Assembly: GCA_017615655.1 (NCBI GenBank)
Contig: JAFZZS010000002.1
Location: forward strand, 195,114 to 259,113
Length of the DNA: 64,000 nucleotides
Reading direction: 5' to 3'
DNA from: Alphaproteobacteria bacterium
Lineage (GTDB): Bacteria; Pseudomonadota; Alphaproteobacteria; Rs-D84
The notes beneath the pieces are model-generated. The model was not told the origin of the DNA, did no database searches, and worked only from the letters and a program-made list of their open reading frames with translations. Both the position numbers and the translations under genes were made by a program. Shown here piece after piece: positions 19,820 through 30,365 of the stretch (its first letter is position 1; every line of letters starts with the position of its first letter).

Positions 19820-20732
19820 GAATCAAATTTTTGCTGCGCCAATGGCGGGAATTTCTGATAAACCATTTCGTACAATGGTGCGAATGTTTGCACCAGATTT
19901 GCCAATGGTTACAGAGATGATATCGTGTCATTCACTGACGATGCAACACAAAAATTGTTTGCGTAATTTTGATAATTATGCCGACGAAGGAAACATTGGT
20001 GCCCAGATATTTGGTGCCGCACCGCGACTTATGGCGGATGCTGCGATGATGCTCCAAGATGCTGGTGCTGCGTGGATAGATATAAATATGGGGTGCCCGG
20101 TGCCAAAGGTTGCAACGCGTGCAGGCGCAGGTGCTTTTTTAATGCGTAATCATAAATTGGCAGGCGAGATAATAAATGCGGTTGTGCGTGCAGTGCAAAT
20201 TCCGGTATCAATTAAGACGCGACTTGGTTGGGACGATTCACATAAAGATTGGCAGAATTTAATACATATAGCCGCTGACAATGGTGCAAAGTTTGCGGTG
20301 TTGCATGGTCGAACACGCGCCGCGGGGTATGTTGGTTCGGCGACCCATCCTGAGATAAAGGATATGCCGATACCGATTATTGCAAATGGCGATATAAAAT
20401 CATCCCTGGATGTGCAGAATATGTTGCACTTAGGGTATGATGGTGCAATGATGGGGCGGGCAATGCTTGGTCGACCATGGATTTTTGGTCGGGTACTTGG
20501 GATTGCCAATGTTCCACAAGATATGGTAACGGTTGTTACGCGACATCTTGAGTTAATGATAGAATATTATGGCGAAAAAACCGCTGTTTCAATGTTTCGT
20601 AAGCATCTTGCGTGGTATTCGGCTGGAATGCCTAATTCTGCAGATTTTAGAACAAAAATCAATCAGTTAACTGATGTGTCCGCGATAAAGCAAGAAATTT
20701 TACAATTTTGGGGTTGCGTTGCGAATATATAG
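19809..20732 (+). CDS. dusB: tRNA-dihydrouridine synthase (DusB-like)
   Basis: Start region FAAPMAGISDKPFR, TIM-barrel FMN site, catalytic Cys context (MGCP). Start set at ATG 19809. Confidence 0.8.
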   Translation: MIPKNQIFAAPMAGISDKPFRTMVRMFAPDLPMVTEMISCHSLTMQHKNCLRNFDNYADEGNIGAQIFGAAPRLMADAAMMLQDAGAAWIDINMGCPVPKVATRAGAGAFLMRNHKLAGEIINAVVRAVQIPVSIKTRLGWDDSHKDWQNLIHIAADNGAKFAVLHGRTRAAGYVGSATHPEIKDMPIPIIANGDIKSSLDVQNMLHLGYDGAMMGRAMLGRPWIFGRVLGIANVPQDMVTVVTRHLELMIEYYGEKTAVSMFRKHLAWYSAGMPNSADFRTKINQLTDVSAIKQEILQFWGCVANI

Positions 20733-20770
20733 GTCTATTATAGAGAAAACCGAACCTAAAGAGGCCCGTT

Positions 20771-21709
20771 ATGACAGAAGAATTCCAAGAACCATCGTTT
20801 AATACCGAAATGACAGCGGGTGAAATGTTACGCGTTGCACGAACAACTGGGCGGCGTAAACGTGAAATATCGACTATTTCAAAACAGCTTTGCATACGTG
20901 AAGAATTTTTGCAGGCATTAGAAGACGGGGATTATACTGTATTACCAGAACTTGTTTACATTCTTGGGTTTGCGCGTAACTATGCAATGGAATTGGGATT
21001 AGACCCAGATGTTATCGTTTCAAAGATTAAACGGGAAATGGGGGTATATCCAACAGATTTACCAATTATCCATCAAAATGTGGCAGAGCCTGTGGATCAA
21101 AATAGATTACAGATAAAAGAAAAAATTGGTAAAAATTTTAAGCAATTTAAGGATAGCAAATCTTGCAAGTTTGTAGTTAAGTATTGGAAGTGGTTTTTAG
21201 GGGCAATAGTTTTGCTGGCTTTGGTTGGTGGAATAGTTGGGGTTTTGATGGCTACTGCCCAACCAGAAGATCCAGCAGCACCCGTTGAAATTATTGTTCC
21301 GACACCTGCTAATAGTGAGCCTGAATACAGGCAAACTGTACGTGAAAGATTTGGAACTGAAAATCGGGCAGATGCGGAAATAGTACTTCAGGCATTCGAA
21401 GAATCTTGGGTTAAAATCGAAGATGCGCGTGGCAAAACGGTGTTTAGTCGTGTTTTAGTCCCTGGTGATTTGTACTATGTACCAAGTGGAAATAAAAACA
21501 AAGCTACATTCGGTAATGTTGGTGGTGTTGATATTTGGGTGCGCGGTGAGTTGGTTCCAAAAGCTGGTAATGACCATACCCGTAAAACAGGTATTGTATT
21601 GGATCCTGATGTGTTAACAGGGAAAAGTTCTGACAAAGATACCAAAAAAGATGCGGAAAATAGCACCAAAAAAACAACTGATAACTCAGTGACAAGTAAA
21701 AAGTCTTAA
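20771..21709 (+). CDS. rodZ: RodZ-like cytoskeleton protein (XRE HTH, TM, DUF4115-like C-terminus)
   Basis: N-terminal HTH (GEMLRVARTTGRRKREISTISKQLCIREEFLQALE), a central TM helix and a Lys/Thr-rich tail. Confidence 0.6.
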   Translation: MTEEFQEPSFNTEMTAGEMLRVARTTGRRKREISTISKQLCIREEFLQALEDGDYTVLPELVYILGFARNYAMELGLDPDVIVSKIKREMGVYPTDLPIIHQNVAEPVDQNRLQIKEKIGKNFKQFKDSKSCKFVVKYWKWFLGAIVLLALVGGIVGVLMATAQPEDPAAPVEIIVPTPANSEPEYRQTVRERFGTENRADAEIVLQAFEESWVKIEDARGKTVFSRVLVPGDLYYVPSGNKNKATFGNVGGVDIWVRGELVPKAGNDHTRKTGIVLDPDVLTGKSSDKDTKKDAENSTKKTTDNSVTSKKS

Positions 21710-21764
21710 TGTAACAGTCGCTTGGTATTGAAATTCTTGATAAAAGTTCTATATTTTAGACGCT

Positions 21765-24599
21765 ATGTCCGGATTTATAAAGATTCGTGGTGCACGCGAA
21801 AACAATCTTAGAAATATTGATTTGGATCTGCCAAAAAATAAATTGGTGGTATTTACTGGTGTATCTGGATCTGGGAAATCATCACTGGCATTTAATACAA
21901 TTTATGCCGAGGGACAGCGTAGATATGTGGAGTCTTTGTCTAGTTACGCGCGGCAATTTTTGGATATGCAGAAAAAGCCGGATGTTGATTTAATCGAGGG
22001 GCTGGCGCCAGCAATTTCAATTGAGCAAAAAACTACATCAAAAAATCCGCGTTCAATTGTGGGAACTGTGACCGAAATTTATGATTATTTGCGTTTGTTA
22101 TGGGCGCGAATTGGGGTGCCGCATTCGCCTGTAACTGGTTTGCCGATTAAATCACAGACTATTTCTGAAATGGTTGATTTAACATTGAATATTCCGGCAG
22201 GTGCGCGTTTGTACATAATGGCGCCGTTAGTCCGTGATCGCAAGGGTGAATATAAAAAAGAATTGGCCTTTCTTGTAAAACAGGGTTATCAACGTGTTAT
22301 CATAGATAATGAATTATATGATTTAGCGGCACCACCCGCACTGGATAAAAATAAAAAACATAATATCTTCGTTATTATTGATAGAATGCAAATGCCAGAA
22401 ACCGATGCTGATATGGATGAATTTCGGTCACGAATGTATTCGTCATTTGAAGGGGCGTTACGGCTTGTTCCTGGTTCTGTATTGGTGCGTCGTTTGGATA
22501 CCAACGAAGATATTTTATATTCACAAAATTATGCTTGTCCGGTCAGTGGTTTCGCCGTTCCAAAAATTGAACCACGGTTATTTTCATTTAATGCGCCGAT
22601 GGGTGCATGCAGTGCCTGCGATGGCCTGGGAGTACAATTAAATATGTCCCCTGATTTGATAATTCCAGACCCATCAAAATCTATCTTGGATGGTGCAATT
22701 GCGCCATGGTCACGTGGCGGGGTGCTAAGTCAATTTACTCATTTATTGGATGCATTGCACAGGCAATATAAAATTCCACTTTCTAAACCATGGCATACAT
22801 TAACCCAAGAACAAAAGGATATTGTGCTTTATGGAACAGGTGATAAACCAATAAAAATAAATTGGAACGGGTTTGTTTATGAGAAACCTTTTGAAGGTGT
22901 CGTGCCAAACATAGAACGCAGATGGCGTGAATCTGAATCTGAAATGATGCGTTCCGAATTGGCAAAATATCAATCCGAGAAGCCATGTCCAGTGTGTCAC
23001 GGAAAACGTCTTAATATTCAGGCATTGTGTATAAAAATTAATGGTGCAGATATTATGGATGTTTGTGATATGTCCATAGATGATGCGTATAATTGGTTCG
23101 TTGATTTACCGAATCATTTAAGTAAACAAGAAAATGATATTGCACGTATGGTCTTGCGCGAAATAACCAGTCGTTTATTGTTTTTGAAAAATGTCGGATT
23201 GGGGTATTTAACTATGTCGCGGACTTCTGGGACACTTTCTGGGGGTGAAGCGCAGCGTATTCGTCTTGCATCACAAATTGGCAGTGGTTTATCTGGGGTT
23301 TTATATGTTTTAGATGAGCCATCTATTGGTCTGCATCAAAGCGACAATGATAAATTACTAGATACATTGAAAATGTTACGTGACAAGGATAATACGGTTA
23401 TCGTTGTTGAACATGATGAAGATGCTATGCGCGCAGCAGATTATCTGGTAGATATCGGTCGTGGCGCGGGTGTAAATGGTGGTAATATAATCGCCGCAGG
23501 AACACCTGATCAGGTTATAAAAAATAAAGATTCACTTACTGGACAATATTTGTCAGGTAAAAAGAAAATACCTGTGCCAAAGAAAAGACGCAATGGTAAT
23601 GGTAAATCTATTACGATATATGGTGCGCGTGAAAATAATCTTAAAAATATAGATGTTGAATTTCCGTTAGGTAAATTTATTGCATTAACCGGGGTTTCAG
23701 GTTCGGGAAAGTCAACGTTGTTATTAAATACACTTTACCCGGCATTGATGCGTGCGCTTTATGGTTCAAAAATGGAAACAGGTGCACACGATGTTATTCG
23801 CGGTATGGAAAATATCGACAAGGTTGTCGATATAGATCAATCACCAATCGGGCGCAGTCCACGCAGCAACCCTGCAACATATACAGGAGTGTTTTCTAAT
23901 ATTCGAGATTTCTTTGCCGAATTACCCGAGGCAAAAACACGTGGTTATGGCCCAGGACGTTTTTCATTTAATGTCAAAGGTGGTCGGTGCGAGGCCTGTC
24001 AGGGTGATGGTCAAATTAAAATAGAAATGAATTTCTTGGCTGATGTGTACGTAGAATGTGATAAATGCCATGGTTCGCGCTATAATGATGAAACTTTGGC
24101 TGTAAAGTATAAAGGTAAATCTATTGCTGATGTTTTAGATATGACGGTTGATGAAGCATACAGATTTTTTATCAATCATCCGCAGATAAGTCGCAAATTG
24201 GAATTATTAAAACGTGTTGGATTGGATTATATAAAACTTGGACAAAGTTCGCTTGACTTATCTGGGGGCGAGGCGCAACGTATCAAATTATCCAAAGAAC
24301 TTTCGGCGCGCAGTACTGGGCAAACACTTTATATTTTAGATGAACCGACAACAGGGCTACATTTCGAAGATATAAAACAATTACTGGGGGTTCTACATGA
24401 ATTTGTAGAGCAGGGTAATACCGTTATTGTAATCGAACATAATCTTGAAGTAATTAAAACGGCAGATTGGATAATAGATTTGGGACCAAATGGTGGTGCT
24501 GATGGTGGAACTGTTGTTGCAACTGGGACACCAGAACAAATTGCACAAATACCGGAATCTTTGACGGGAAAATATCTTAAGAAGTATCTGGACAAGTAA
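21765..24599 (+). CDS. uvrA: Excinuclease ABC subunit A
   Basis: Two ABC ATPase modules ([11 protein letters not shown] / [10 protein letters not shown]; LSGGE x2) and zinc-finger cysteines; 944 aa. Confidence 0.95.
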   Translation: MSGFIKIRGARENNLRNIDLDLPKNKLVVFTGVSGSGKSSLAFNTIYAEGQRRYVESLSSYARQFLDMQKKPDVDLIEGLAPAISIEQKTTSKNPRSIVGTVTEIYDYLRLLWARIGVPHSPVTGLPIKSQTISEMVDLTLNIPAGARLYIMAPLVRDRKGEYKKELAFLVKQGYQRVIIDNELYDLAAPPALDKNKKHNIFVIIDRMQMPETDADMDEFRSRMYSSFEGALRLVPGSVLVRRLDTNEDILYSQNYACPVSGFAVPKIEPRLFSFNAPMGACSACDGLGVQLNMSPDLIIPDPSKSILDGAIAPWSRGGVLSQFTHLLDALHRQYKIPLSKPWHTLTQEQKDIVLYGTGDKPIKINWNGFVYEKPFEGVVPNIERRWRESESEMMRSELAKYQSEKPCPVCHGKRLNIQALCIKINGADIMDVCDMSIDDAYNWFVDLPNHLSKQENDIARMVLREITSRLLFLKNVGLGYLTMSRTSGTLSGGEAQRIRLASQIGSGLSGVLYVLDEPSIGLHQSDNDKLLDTLKMLRDKDNTVIVVEHDEDAMRAADYLVDIGRGAGVNGGNIIAAGTPDQVIKNKDSLTGQYLSGKKKIPVPKKRRNGNGKSITIYGARENNLKNIDVEFPLGKFIALTGVSGSGKSTLLLNTLYPALMRALYGSKMETGAHDVIRGMENIDKVVDIDQSPIGRSPRSNPATYTGVFSNIRDFFAELPEAKTRGYGPGRFSFNVKGGRCEACQGDGQIKIEMNFLADVYVECDKCHGSRYNDETLAVKYKGKSIADVLDMTVDEAYRFFINHPQISRKLELLKRVGLDYIKLGQSSLDLSGGEAQRIKLSKELSARSTGQTLYILDEPTTGLHFEDIKQLLGVLHEFVEQGNTVIVIEHNLEVIKTADWIIDLGPNGGADGGTVVATGTPEQIAQIPESLTGKYLKKYLDK

Positions 24600-24642
24600 G
24601 ATTTTATCGCATAATATTAATCTAAATATCAAGGAGTAAAAA

Positions 24643-25137
24643 ATGTTTGGATTTGGTAAAAAGAAAAAAGCAGCCGCAGAAAATGTAACTAATGAAACCC
24701 AAGAACCTAAAATGCCAAAGGGTATGAAGGAAACTGCTGAACGTATGATGAATGGTCAATTTGATATGAATGATATGTTGGCGCAATTAAAGCAAATCAA
24801 AAAGATGAGCAATTTTAGTGGGTTGCTTAAAATGGTTCCTGGTATGTCAGGTGCCGTTAGTGCGATGAAAGAAAAAATCAAAGATGGCAGTGTGGATGCA
24901 CAAATTAAAATATTAGAGGCGATGACTGTTGCAGAACGTGCTGACCCAGAAAAAATATTTGCAAATGCCAAGACGCGTATTGCAGAAACTGCGGGTGTTA
25001 CAGTTCGTGATGTTGAGCATATTATTAAGCAATATACAAAAATGAAACAGCAGATGGCAATGATTCAGCGTATGGGCGGCATGGAGGCTGTTATGCAACG
25101 TATGCAATCCCAAGGTGGTGTGCCGGGTGCAAAGTAA
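24643..25137 (+). CDS. Stand-alone SRP54/Ffh M-domain-like protein (164 aa)
   Basis: Colinear similarity to the Ffh M domain: FDMNDMLAQLKQIKKMSNFSGLLKMVPGMSG aligns with the Ffh finger-loop region and RIAETAGVTVRDVEHIIKQYTKMKQQM with the C-terminal helices; Met-rich. Strong AAGGAG RBS 6 nt upstream. No NG domain upstream, because uvrA ends at 24599. Confidence 0.65.
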   Translation: MFGFGKKKKAAAENVTNETQEPKMPKGMKETAERMMNGQFDMNDMLAQLKQIKKMSNFSGLLKMVPGMSGAVSAMKEKIKDGSVDAQIKILEAMTVAERADPEKIFANAKTRIAETAGVTVRDVEHIIKQYTKMKQQMAMIQRMGGMEAVMQRMQSQGGVPGAK

Positions 25138-25151
25138 AAAAGGATTAAGTA

Positions 25152-25361
25152 ATGTTAAAGTATACTGATATAAAATCTGAACCAGTGTATTCTAAAAATT
25201 CAAAAAAATTAATAGGCTGGCGATTGTTCTGGACGGTAGAGACAGGCTATTATGATATTGATGGTCGTCGTTTTTTCAAAGAAACATGGTTTAGAAACAG
25301 TTACAAATCAATGTGTCGGTTTCAAAATAGATTATTAAAGCATAATGAAAATCACAAATAA
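25152..25361 (+). CDS. Hypothetical small protein (69 aa); doubtful
   Basis: ORF only, Trp/Tyr-rich, overlaps the rlmE start by 17 nt. No recognisable similarity. Confidence 0.2.
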   Translation: MLKYTDIKSEPVYSKNSKKLIGWRLFWTVETGYYDIDGRRFFKETWFRNSYKSMCRFQNRLLKHNENHK

Positions 25362-26004
25362 GAAAATCGCTAAACATAAATCTTCGGTTGCATGGATTCA
25401 GCGCCAGGCCGCCGATCCATATGTTGCGCGTGCGCATGCAGATGGATATCGGGCGCGGGCAGCGTATAAACTTATCGAGATAAATGAAAAATATAAATTC
25501 CTGGAAAATGGGCAAACGGTTGTTGACTTGGGCGCGGCGCCGGGTTCATGGTCGCAATTTATTGCACGAACTTTTCCCAAGACTAAAATATTTGCAATGG
25601 ATTTATTGAAAATAACCCCGATAAATAATGTTGAATTTTATCAGGGTGATTTTACGACTGATGCGGCATTGGATTGGTTGGAAGAAAAATTGAAACTGAA
25701 AGCTAATGCAGATGGTGTTGTTGATGTTGTCGTTTCTGATATGGCGCCGAATACCGTTGGCCATCAAAAGACTGACCATCTGCGTCAGATGGTTTTGTTG
25801 GAATATGCATTTGATTTCGCATGTCGCGCATTAAAGCCAGGTGGGGTTTTTGTAGCCAAATCTTTTACTGGTGGAACGACAAACGAATTGTTGAAACAGA
25901 TAAAAGAGCGTTTCGATGTCGTGCACCATGTAAAGCCAAATGCATCACGTAAAGATTCTGTAGAAATGTTTATTGTTGCATTGGGGTATAAAAATAAGAT
26001 ATAA
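25345..26004 (+). CDS. rlmE: 23S rRNA (uridine2552-2'-O)-methyltransferase RlmE/FtsJ
   Basis: Motifs WIQRQAADPYV, GYRARAAYKL, VVDLGAAPGSWSQ and DMAPN. Confidence 0.9.
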   Translation: MKITNKKIAKHKSSVAWIQRQAADPYVARAHADGYRARAAYKLIEINEKYKFLENGQTVVDLGAAPGSWSQFIARTFPKTKIFAMDLLKITPINNVEFYQGDFTTDAALDWLEEKLKLKANADGVVDVVVSDMAPNTVGHQKTDHLRQMVLLEYAFDFACRALKPGGVFVAKSFTGGTTNELLKQIKERFDVVHHVKPNASRKDSVEMFIVALGYKNKI

Positions 26005-26033
26005 TAAGACCATACAAAAAAGGGAGAATATTT

Positions 26034-26546
26034 ATGCCAACAGTTAAGAAAACAAAAACAACAACACGTCGGACGACAACACGCAAAACAACGACACGCA
26101 GGGTCACAAAGCCGGTTGTTACCGCGACACCACGTCGCACAATGGTTGGACCATTAACTGCGATTAAAAATTTCTGGGTGAAATATTTTGATTTCATGGG
26201 GCGTTCCACACGCAGCGAATTTTGGTTTGGACTTTTGTTCGTTCTGATTATGCATGCGTTATTCTATCGTTTTGGTGGCGCGTTGGCTGCGAATATTGCG
26301 GACGCGGTTATGTTTATACCGTTGATTGCACTGTTTGTACGTCGTTTTCGTGATGCAGGACTTTCGGTATGGTGGTATTTGATACCCGCATTATTGGTGT
26401 TTGCAATACCAGTTGTTCGTGGTGCTACATGGTATCGTATGTTGGCGGTTAATTATGTATCAAGCGGAATGTTAATGTACTCGTTTTTCTTTTTTGCGTT
26501 CTTGATATTCGAAATTGTGGTGGCATGTCTGCCGACTCAAAAGTAA
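26034..26546 (+). CDS. DUF805-family inner-membrane protein with a Thr/Arg/Lys-rich N-terminal extension
   Basis: RSEFWFGLLFVL and RRFRDAG motifs with TM helices (DUF805/YhaH-like). The first ~35 aa are MPTVKKTKTTTRRTTTRKTTTRRVTKP. Confidence 0.6.
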   Translation: MPTVKKTKTTTRRTTTRKTTTRRVTKPVVTATPRRTMVGPLTAIKNFWVKYFDFMGRSTRSEFWFGLLFVLIMHALFYRFGGALAANIADAVMFIPLIALFVRRFRDAGLSVWWYLIPALLVFAIPVVRGATWYRMLAVNYVSSGMLMYSFFFFAFLIFEIVVACLPTQK

Positions 26547-26565
26547 AAAGTATGCTTGGTTATTT

Positions 26566-26590
26566 AACGGCTGCGGGTGCAGCCGTTTTT
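26566..26590. terminator. Bidirectional terminator ACGGCTGC-GGGT-GCAGCCGT + T5 between the DUF805 gene and rnhA
   Basis: Perfect 8-bp stem; member of the AACGGTTGC hairpin family. Confidence 0.6.
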
Positions 26591-26595
26591 AGTTG

Positions 26596-27024
26596 CTATT
26601 TAAATTGTTCGGCGGCGGTACGTGCAAGTTCATCACAACGTTCATTTAATTCTTCGCCGTTATGACCGCGCACCCATACCCAATGAATTTTCATAGTGTT
26701 GGCAATTTCATCTAACTTTTGCCACAGATCTTGGTTCTTTACAGGTTTTTTATCCGCAGTACGCCAATTATTTTTACGCCAATTTTTTATCCACGTTTGC
26801 ATACCATTTTTTACATATTGGCTATCGGTGTGAATTTCAATTTCGTTATGTCGATGTGCCGCCGTGACCGCGCATAGAACGGCCATAAGTTCCATGCGAT
26901 TATTTGTCGTGTTTTTTTCGCCTCCGCTGCGTTCAGCACTGTGTACACCATCGGTTGCAACAAATGCCCAACCGCCCGGGCCAGGATTTCCAAGGCAACT
27001 GCCGTCTGTCCAAATTTTTAACAT
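26596..27024 (-). CDS. rnhA: Ribonuclease HI
   Basis: IWTDGSCLGNPGPGGWA...HTDSQY...WVKGHNG...NERCDELA; the canonical RNase H fold. Confidence 0.9.
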   Translation of the reverse strand: MLKIWTDGSCLGNPGPGGWAFVATDGVHSAERSGGEKNTTNNRMELMAVLCAVTAAHRHNEIEIHTDSQYVKNGMQTWIKNWRKNNWRTADKKPVKNQDLWQKLDEIANTMKIHWVWVRGHNGEELNERCDELARTAAEQFK

Positions 27025-27060
27025 TTATTTAACCTTTTGTTTATGATATAATATCACAAA

Positions 27061-28839
27061 ATGAACATAGATTCCAAGAATTTACACGAAATGTCAAATG
27101 TCGTGCGCGCGGATGCGTTGCGTGCGGTTCTTGGTGCGAAAAGTGGTCATATTGGAATTATTCTTGGGGCTGCTGATATTATCACCTTGGTTTATGCAGT
27201 TTTGTTGAATCCAACGCGTGATCGATTCGTTTTGTCGGCGGGACATGGGTCGGCTATGCTTTATGCGGTGTTAAAACTTGCCGGGTATAAAGTTGGTAAT
27301 TTAAATTCGTTTCGGCAATTAGGCGGGCTGCCCGGGCATCCGGAATTTGGCATTGATGGTGTTACTGCGACAACTGGACCACTGGGGCAGGGGGTTGCAA
27401 ATGCGGTTGGTATGGCTATCGCTGCAAAGCACAATAAAACAGGGGGAACGATATATTGCCTTTGTGGTGATGGGGATTTAATGGAGGGTGTCGCTCAAGA
27501 AGCTATCGCCTTTGCAGGACGCTATAACCTGGATAACTTGGTACTGTTATGGGATAATAATGGTATTAGTATGGATGGTGTTGCACAGGTTGATGTTGAT
27601 GTTTCAATGCGTATGCGTGCAGCAGGGTGGTCTGTCCGCAGTGCAAATGGTAACGATTTTGATGAAATGTACGATGCGATTGTTAAACCAGCGGTGGGTC
27701 CACGCTTTGTTAAGTGTGATACTATACTGGGATTAGGGTTAACAGTATCAGGGACGCCCAGGGCGCATGGCCTTGGAATAAGTGAGACTGAAATAGAACA
27801 ATTAATAGACTGTTTCGATTCTTTGCAAGGGCGTGAATTTTGGCGCATTTTGGCGCATGGGTATTCTGGGGCATATGCAATACATTACAAAAATCCTCCG
27901 AATATCACATTACCGGATGCACCACGTTTTATATCCACGCGTGAGATGTCTGGCATATGTCTTGATCGAATGATACGGCATGGTTTGAGTGCAATTATCG
28001 GCAGTGCGGATCTTGGGTCAAATACGAAAGTACACACTGATTCTGTGCGTGAAATAACCGCAGATAATTTTTCTGGTAACTATATCAATTATGGGGTGCG
28101 CGAACATGCGATGGCGGCGATTATGAATGGTATGGCGTATGTGGGTGTTCGTGCGGTTGGTTCAACGTTTTTGGTGTTCAGTGACTATATGCGTGGTGCA
28201 ATACGTTTGTCGGCATTGTCGGGATTACCCGTAGTGTATGTATTTAGTCATGATAGTATCGCAGTTGGTCCCGATGGTCCGACGCATCAACCTGTTGAAC
28301 AAATTGCAGGATTACGATTGATTCCGAATATGAATGTTTTTCGTCCGTATAATATGACCGAGGTTTTATGGTCTTGGCGAGTCGCACTTTCAGAAACAAA
28401 CCGTCCATCATGCATCATACTATCACGTCAAAAAATTTCTGGAATTGGTGGATGTGTATGGGGGTATGTGGACGCGGGTGGATATTTGGTATACCGGTCA
28501 AAATCAAAGCATATTCGTATTACGCTTGTTGCCACCGGATCTGAGGTTCCATTAGCAATATCTGTTGCGCGCAGGTTAAAGTGCGGAGTTCAGGTTGCGA
28601 GTATCCCATCGGTTGCACATTTCAGAAACAACAGCCGGGAATATAAACAAGAAATTCTGCGGGGGCATGTAATTGCTATCGAGGCAGGCGCAACATCATC
28701 TTGGTTTGAGTTCGCTGATGATGTTATCGGGGTTGATAGTTTTGGGGCATCTGGGGCAGGAGATGATATTTATCGTGAATATGGCTTTGATGCCGATGAA
28801 ATTGTGATGGCTATAAAAGCCAAGATAAAATATGTCTGA
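27061..28839 (+). CDS. tkt: Transketolase (compact, 592 aa)
   Basis: TPP-binding GHIG, GDGDLMEG, GHGS...Y and C-terminal domain motifs. Shorter than the canonical ~660 aa through several internal deletions. Confidence 0.85.
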   Translation: MNIDSKNLHEMSNVVRADALRAVLGAKSGHIGIILGAADIITLVYAVLLNPTRDRFVLSAGHGSAMLYAVLKLAGYKVGNLNSFRQLGGLPGHPEFGIDGVTATTGPLGQGVANAVGMAIAAKHNKTGGTIYCLCGDGDLMEGVAQEAIAFAGRYNLDNLVLLWDNNGISMDGVAQVDVDVSMRMRAAGWSVRSANGNDFDEMYDAIVKPAVGPRFVKCDTILGLGLTVSGTPRAHGLGISETEIEQLIDCFDSLQGREFWRILAHGYSGAYAIHYKNPPNITLPDAPRFISTREMSGICLDRMIRHGLSAIIGSADLGSNTKVHTDSVREITADNFSGNYINYGVREHAMAAIMNGMAYVGVRAVGSTFLVFSDYMRGAIRLSALSGLPVVYVFSHDSIAVGPDGPTHQPVEQIAGLRLIPNMNVFRPYNMTEVLWSWRVALSETNRPSCIILSRQKISGIGGCVWGYVDAGGYLVYRSKSKHIRITLVATGSEVPLAISVARRLKCGVQVASIPSVAHFRNNSREYKQEILRGHVIAIEAGATSSWFEFADDVIGVDSFGASGAGDDIYREYGFDADEIVMAIKAKIKYV

Positions 28840-29539
28840 ATTTGAATTTGTAACTTCGTGGGGTGAAAAGATCCCGATTGTCATAAATGTAAGACGCGGT
28901 CTGCGTAATATAACGTTGCGTCCACATTCTGGCGACAGCCGGCATATCAGCATATCACGACCTTGGTTATCATCAAATACAGCCGCCATGAAGTTTGTTG
29001 AACAAAAGCGACGTTGGTTAGAAAAATTTTTCATAAATGCTCCACAGAAAGTTCGTATAAAATCTGGTGATACAATCGAATTTCTAGATCGGCGGGTCGG
29101 TATCGTGTATGATGGAACTATTCATGCGAACAATTTTGTGTTGAATAATAATGGAACGTATACGCTATTTGTTGGTGGGGATGAAAAGATGCTAGAAAGT
29201 CGTGTTCGTAATTTTGTCAAGGCGGAATTATTAAAAGAAATAAAAAAATTAATACGCGGTGTGCCACGTGATTTCTGGCCACGACGAATTTGCCTGCGTG
29301 ATACAACATCGCGATGGGGGTCATGTTCCAGTACTGGAACAATGTCTTTTTCGTGGCGGTTAGCGTTTGCGCCGTATGATGTTATGCGGTATGTGGTCAT
29401 GCATGAATTATCGCATGTCAAACACATGGATCATTCTCCAGAATTCTGGGCGCAGGTAAGGGCACTTTATGGTTTTGGTGTTGAACGTGCAAAGCGATGG
29501 TTAAATCAAAACGGTTCGAAATTACATCAATACCTTTAA
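28832..29539 (+). CDS. YgjP/DUF45 (M48-like) zinc metallohydrolase
   Basis: C-terminal HELSHVKHMDHSPEFW (HExxH-type) motif characteristic of the YgjP family. Overlaps the tkt stop by 8 nt. Confidence 0.7.
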   Translation: MSEFEFVTSWGEKIPIVINVRRGLRNITLRPHSGDSRHISISRPWLSSNTAAMKFVEQKRRWLEKFFINAPQKVRIKSGDTIEFLDRRVGIVYDGTIHANNFVLNNNGTYTLFVGGDEKMLESRVRNFVKAELLKEIKKLIRGVPRDFWPRRICLRDTTSRWGSCSSTGTMSFSWRLAFAPYDVMRYVVMHELSHVKHMDHSPEFWAQVRALYGFGVERAKRWLNQNGSKLHQYL

Positions 29540-29781
29540 CGAGAAAGACTATTCAAAACAAATGTATTTGGTAATGTTGAGTCTCTCTTTGCGGTAATTG
29601 TATCAGATTGAAAGTTTCTGCGATCATTTTCAAGGCGAATTTGCGAGCGTTTACATTCATTAACCATAATTCCAGCAATCGCAGCAAGTATTATAACTGT
29701 TAGACAACCATTCAGTGGTATTGAAAATAATGTTCGTGTGGGTTGTTTTTGATTGTTTTCAGACTGTATAGTTTCTTTCAT
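29536..29781 (-). CDS. Hypothetical small membrane protein (81 aa)
   Basis: ORF with one TM helix (LTVIILAAIAGIMV); no recognisable similarity. Confidence 0.3.
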   Translation of the reverse strand: MKETIQSENNQKQPTRTLFSIPLNGCLTVIILAAIAGIMVNECKRSQIRLENDRRNFQSDTITAKRDSTLPNTFVLNSLSR

Positions 29782-29932
29782 ATTTTATTCTCCTTTTTCA
29801 TCCGCAAGTGTAGCATATTTTTATTGAATTTCAAGGAAAGGTGCCGAAACCATACCTAAACCCTTTTATCGCGCCTTACGGTATAATGCATATGTGTTAA
29901 AAAACACAGAATTACAACCAAAGGAAGAAAAA

Positions 29933-30301
29933 ATGAAGAAACTATCAATCATTGCAATTGCAGGTGTGATTGCGTCCGTCTCAGCATATGCGGGCTCAAA
30001 CAATACGATGAACAATAATACGAACAATACCGGTAATATGATGGAGGTTATGACCATAGAACAAGTCAGGGGTTTGTCTGATAATACACCGGTGATTATG
30101 CGCGGGTACCTGTTGCGCCAGAATGGTGAAAATTCTTATGTTTTTCAGGATACAACCGGCACAATCAATTTAGAAATTGACGAAGAAGATTGGGGTGGTT
30201 TGACTGTTTCACCTAATGATTTTATTGAAGTTTGGGGCGAGGTAGATAAAAATGGTACCTCTATGATAGAAGTTGATGTATCAGCGATGAAAAAATTATA
30301 A
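29933..30301 (+). CDS. ygiW: Periplasmic OB-fold protein, YgiW/BOF (DUF388) family
   Basis: Signal peptide plus TIEQVRGLSDNTPVIMRGYLLRQNGENSYVFQDTTGTINLEIDEEDWGGLTVSPNDFIEVWGEVD, colinear with BOF proteins. AAAGGAAG RBS before ATG 29933 (the ORF-track start is a GTG). Confidence 0.8.
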   Translation: MKKLSIIAIAGVIASVSAYAGSNNTMNNNTNNTGNMMEVMTIEQVRGLSDNTPVIMRGYLLRQNGENSYVFQDTTGTINLEIDEEDWGGLTVSPNDFIEVWGEVDKNGTSMIEVDVSAMKKL

Positions 30302-30323
30302 GAAATTTTCTAATGAAGCGATA

Positions 30324-30352
30324 AAAAACGGTTGCGTATGCAACCGTTTTTA
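30324..30352. terminator. Bidirectional terminator AAAAACGGTTGC-GTAT-GCAACCGTTTTT between the convergent ygiW-like gene and the motB-like gene
   Basis: Perfect 9-bp stem flanked by A5 and T5. Confidence 0.65.
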
Positions 30353-30365
30353 TCAACTTTAACCT

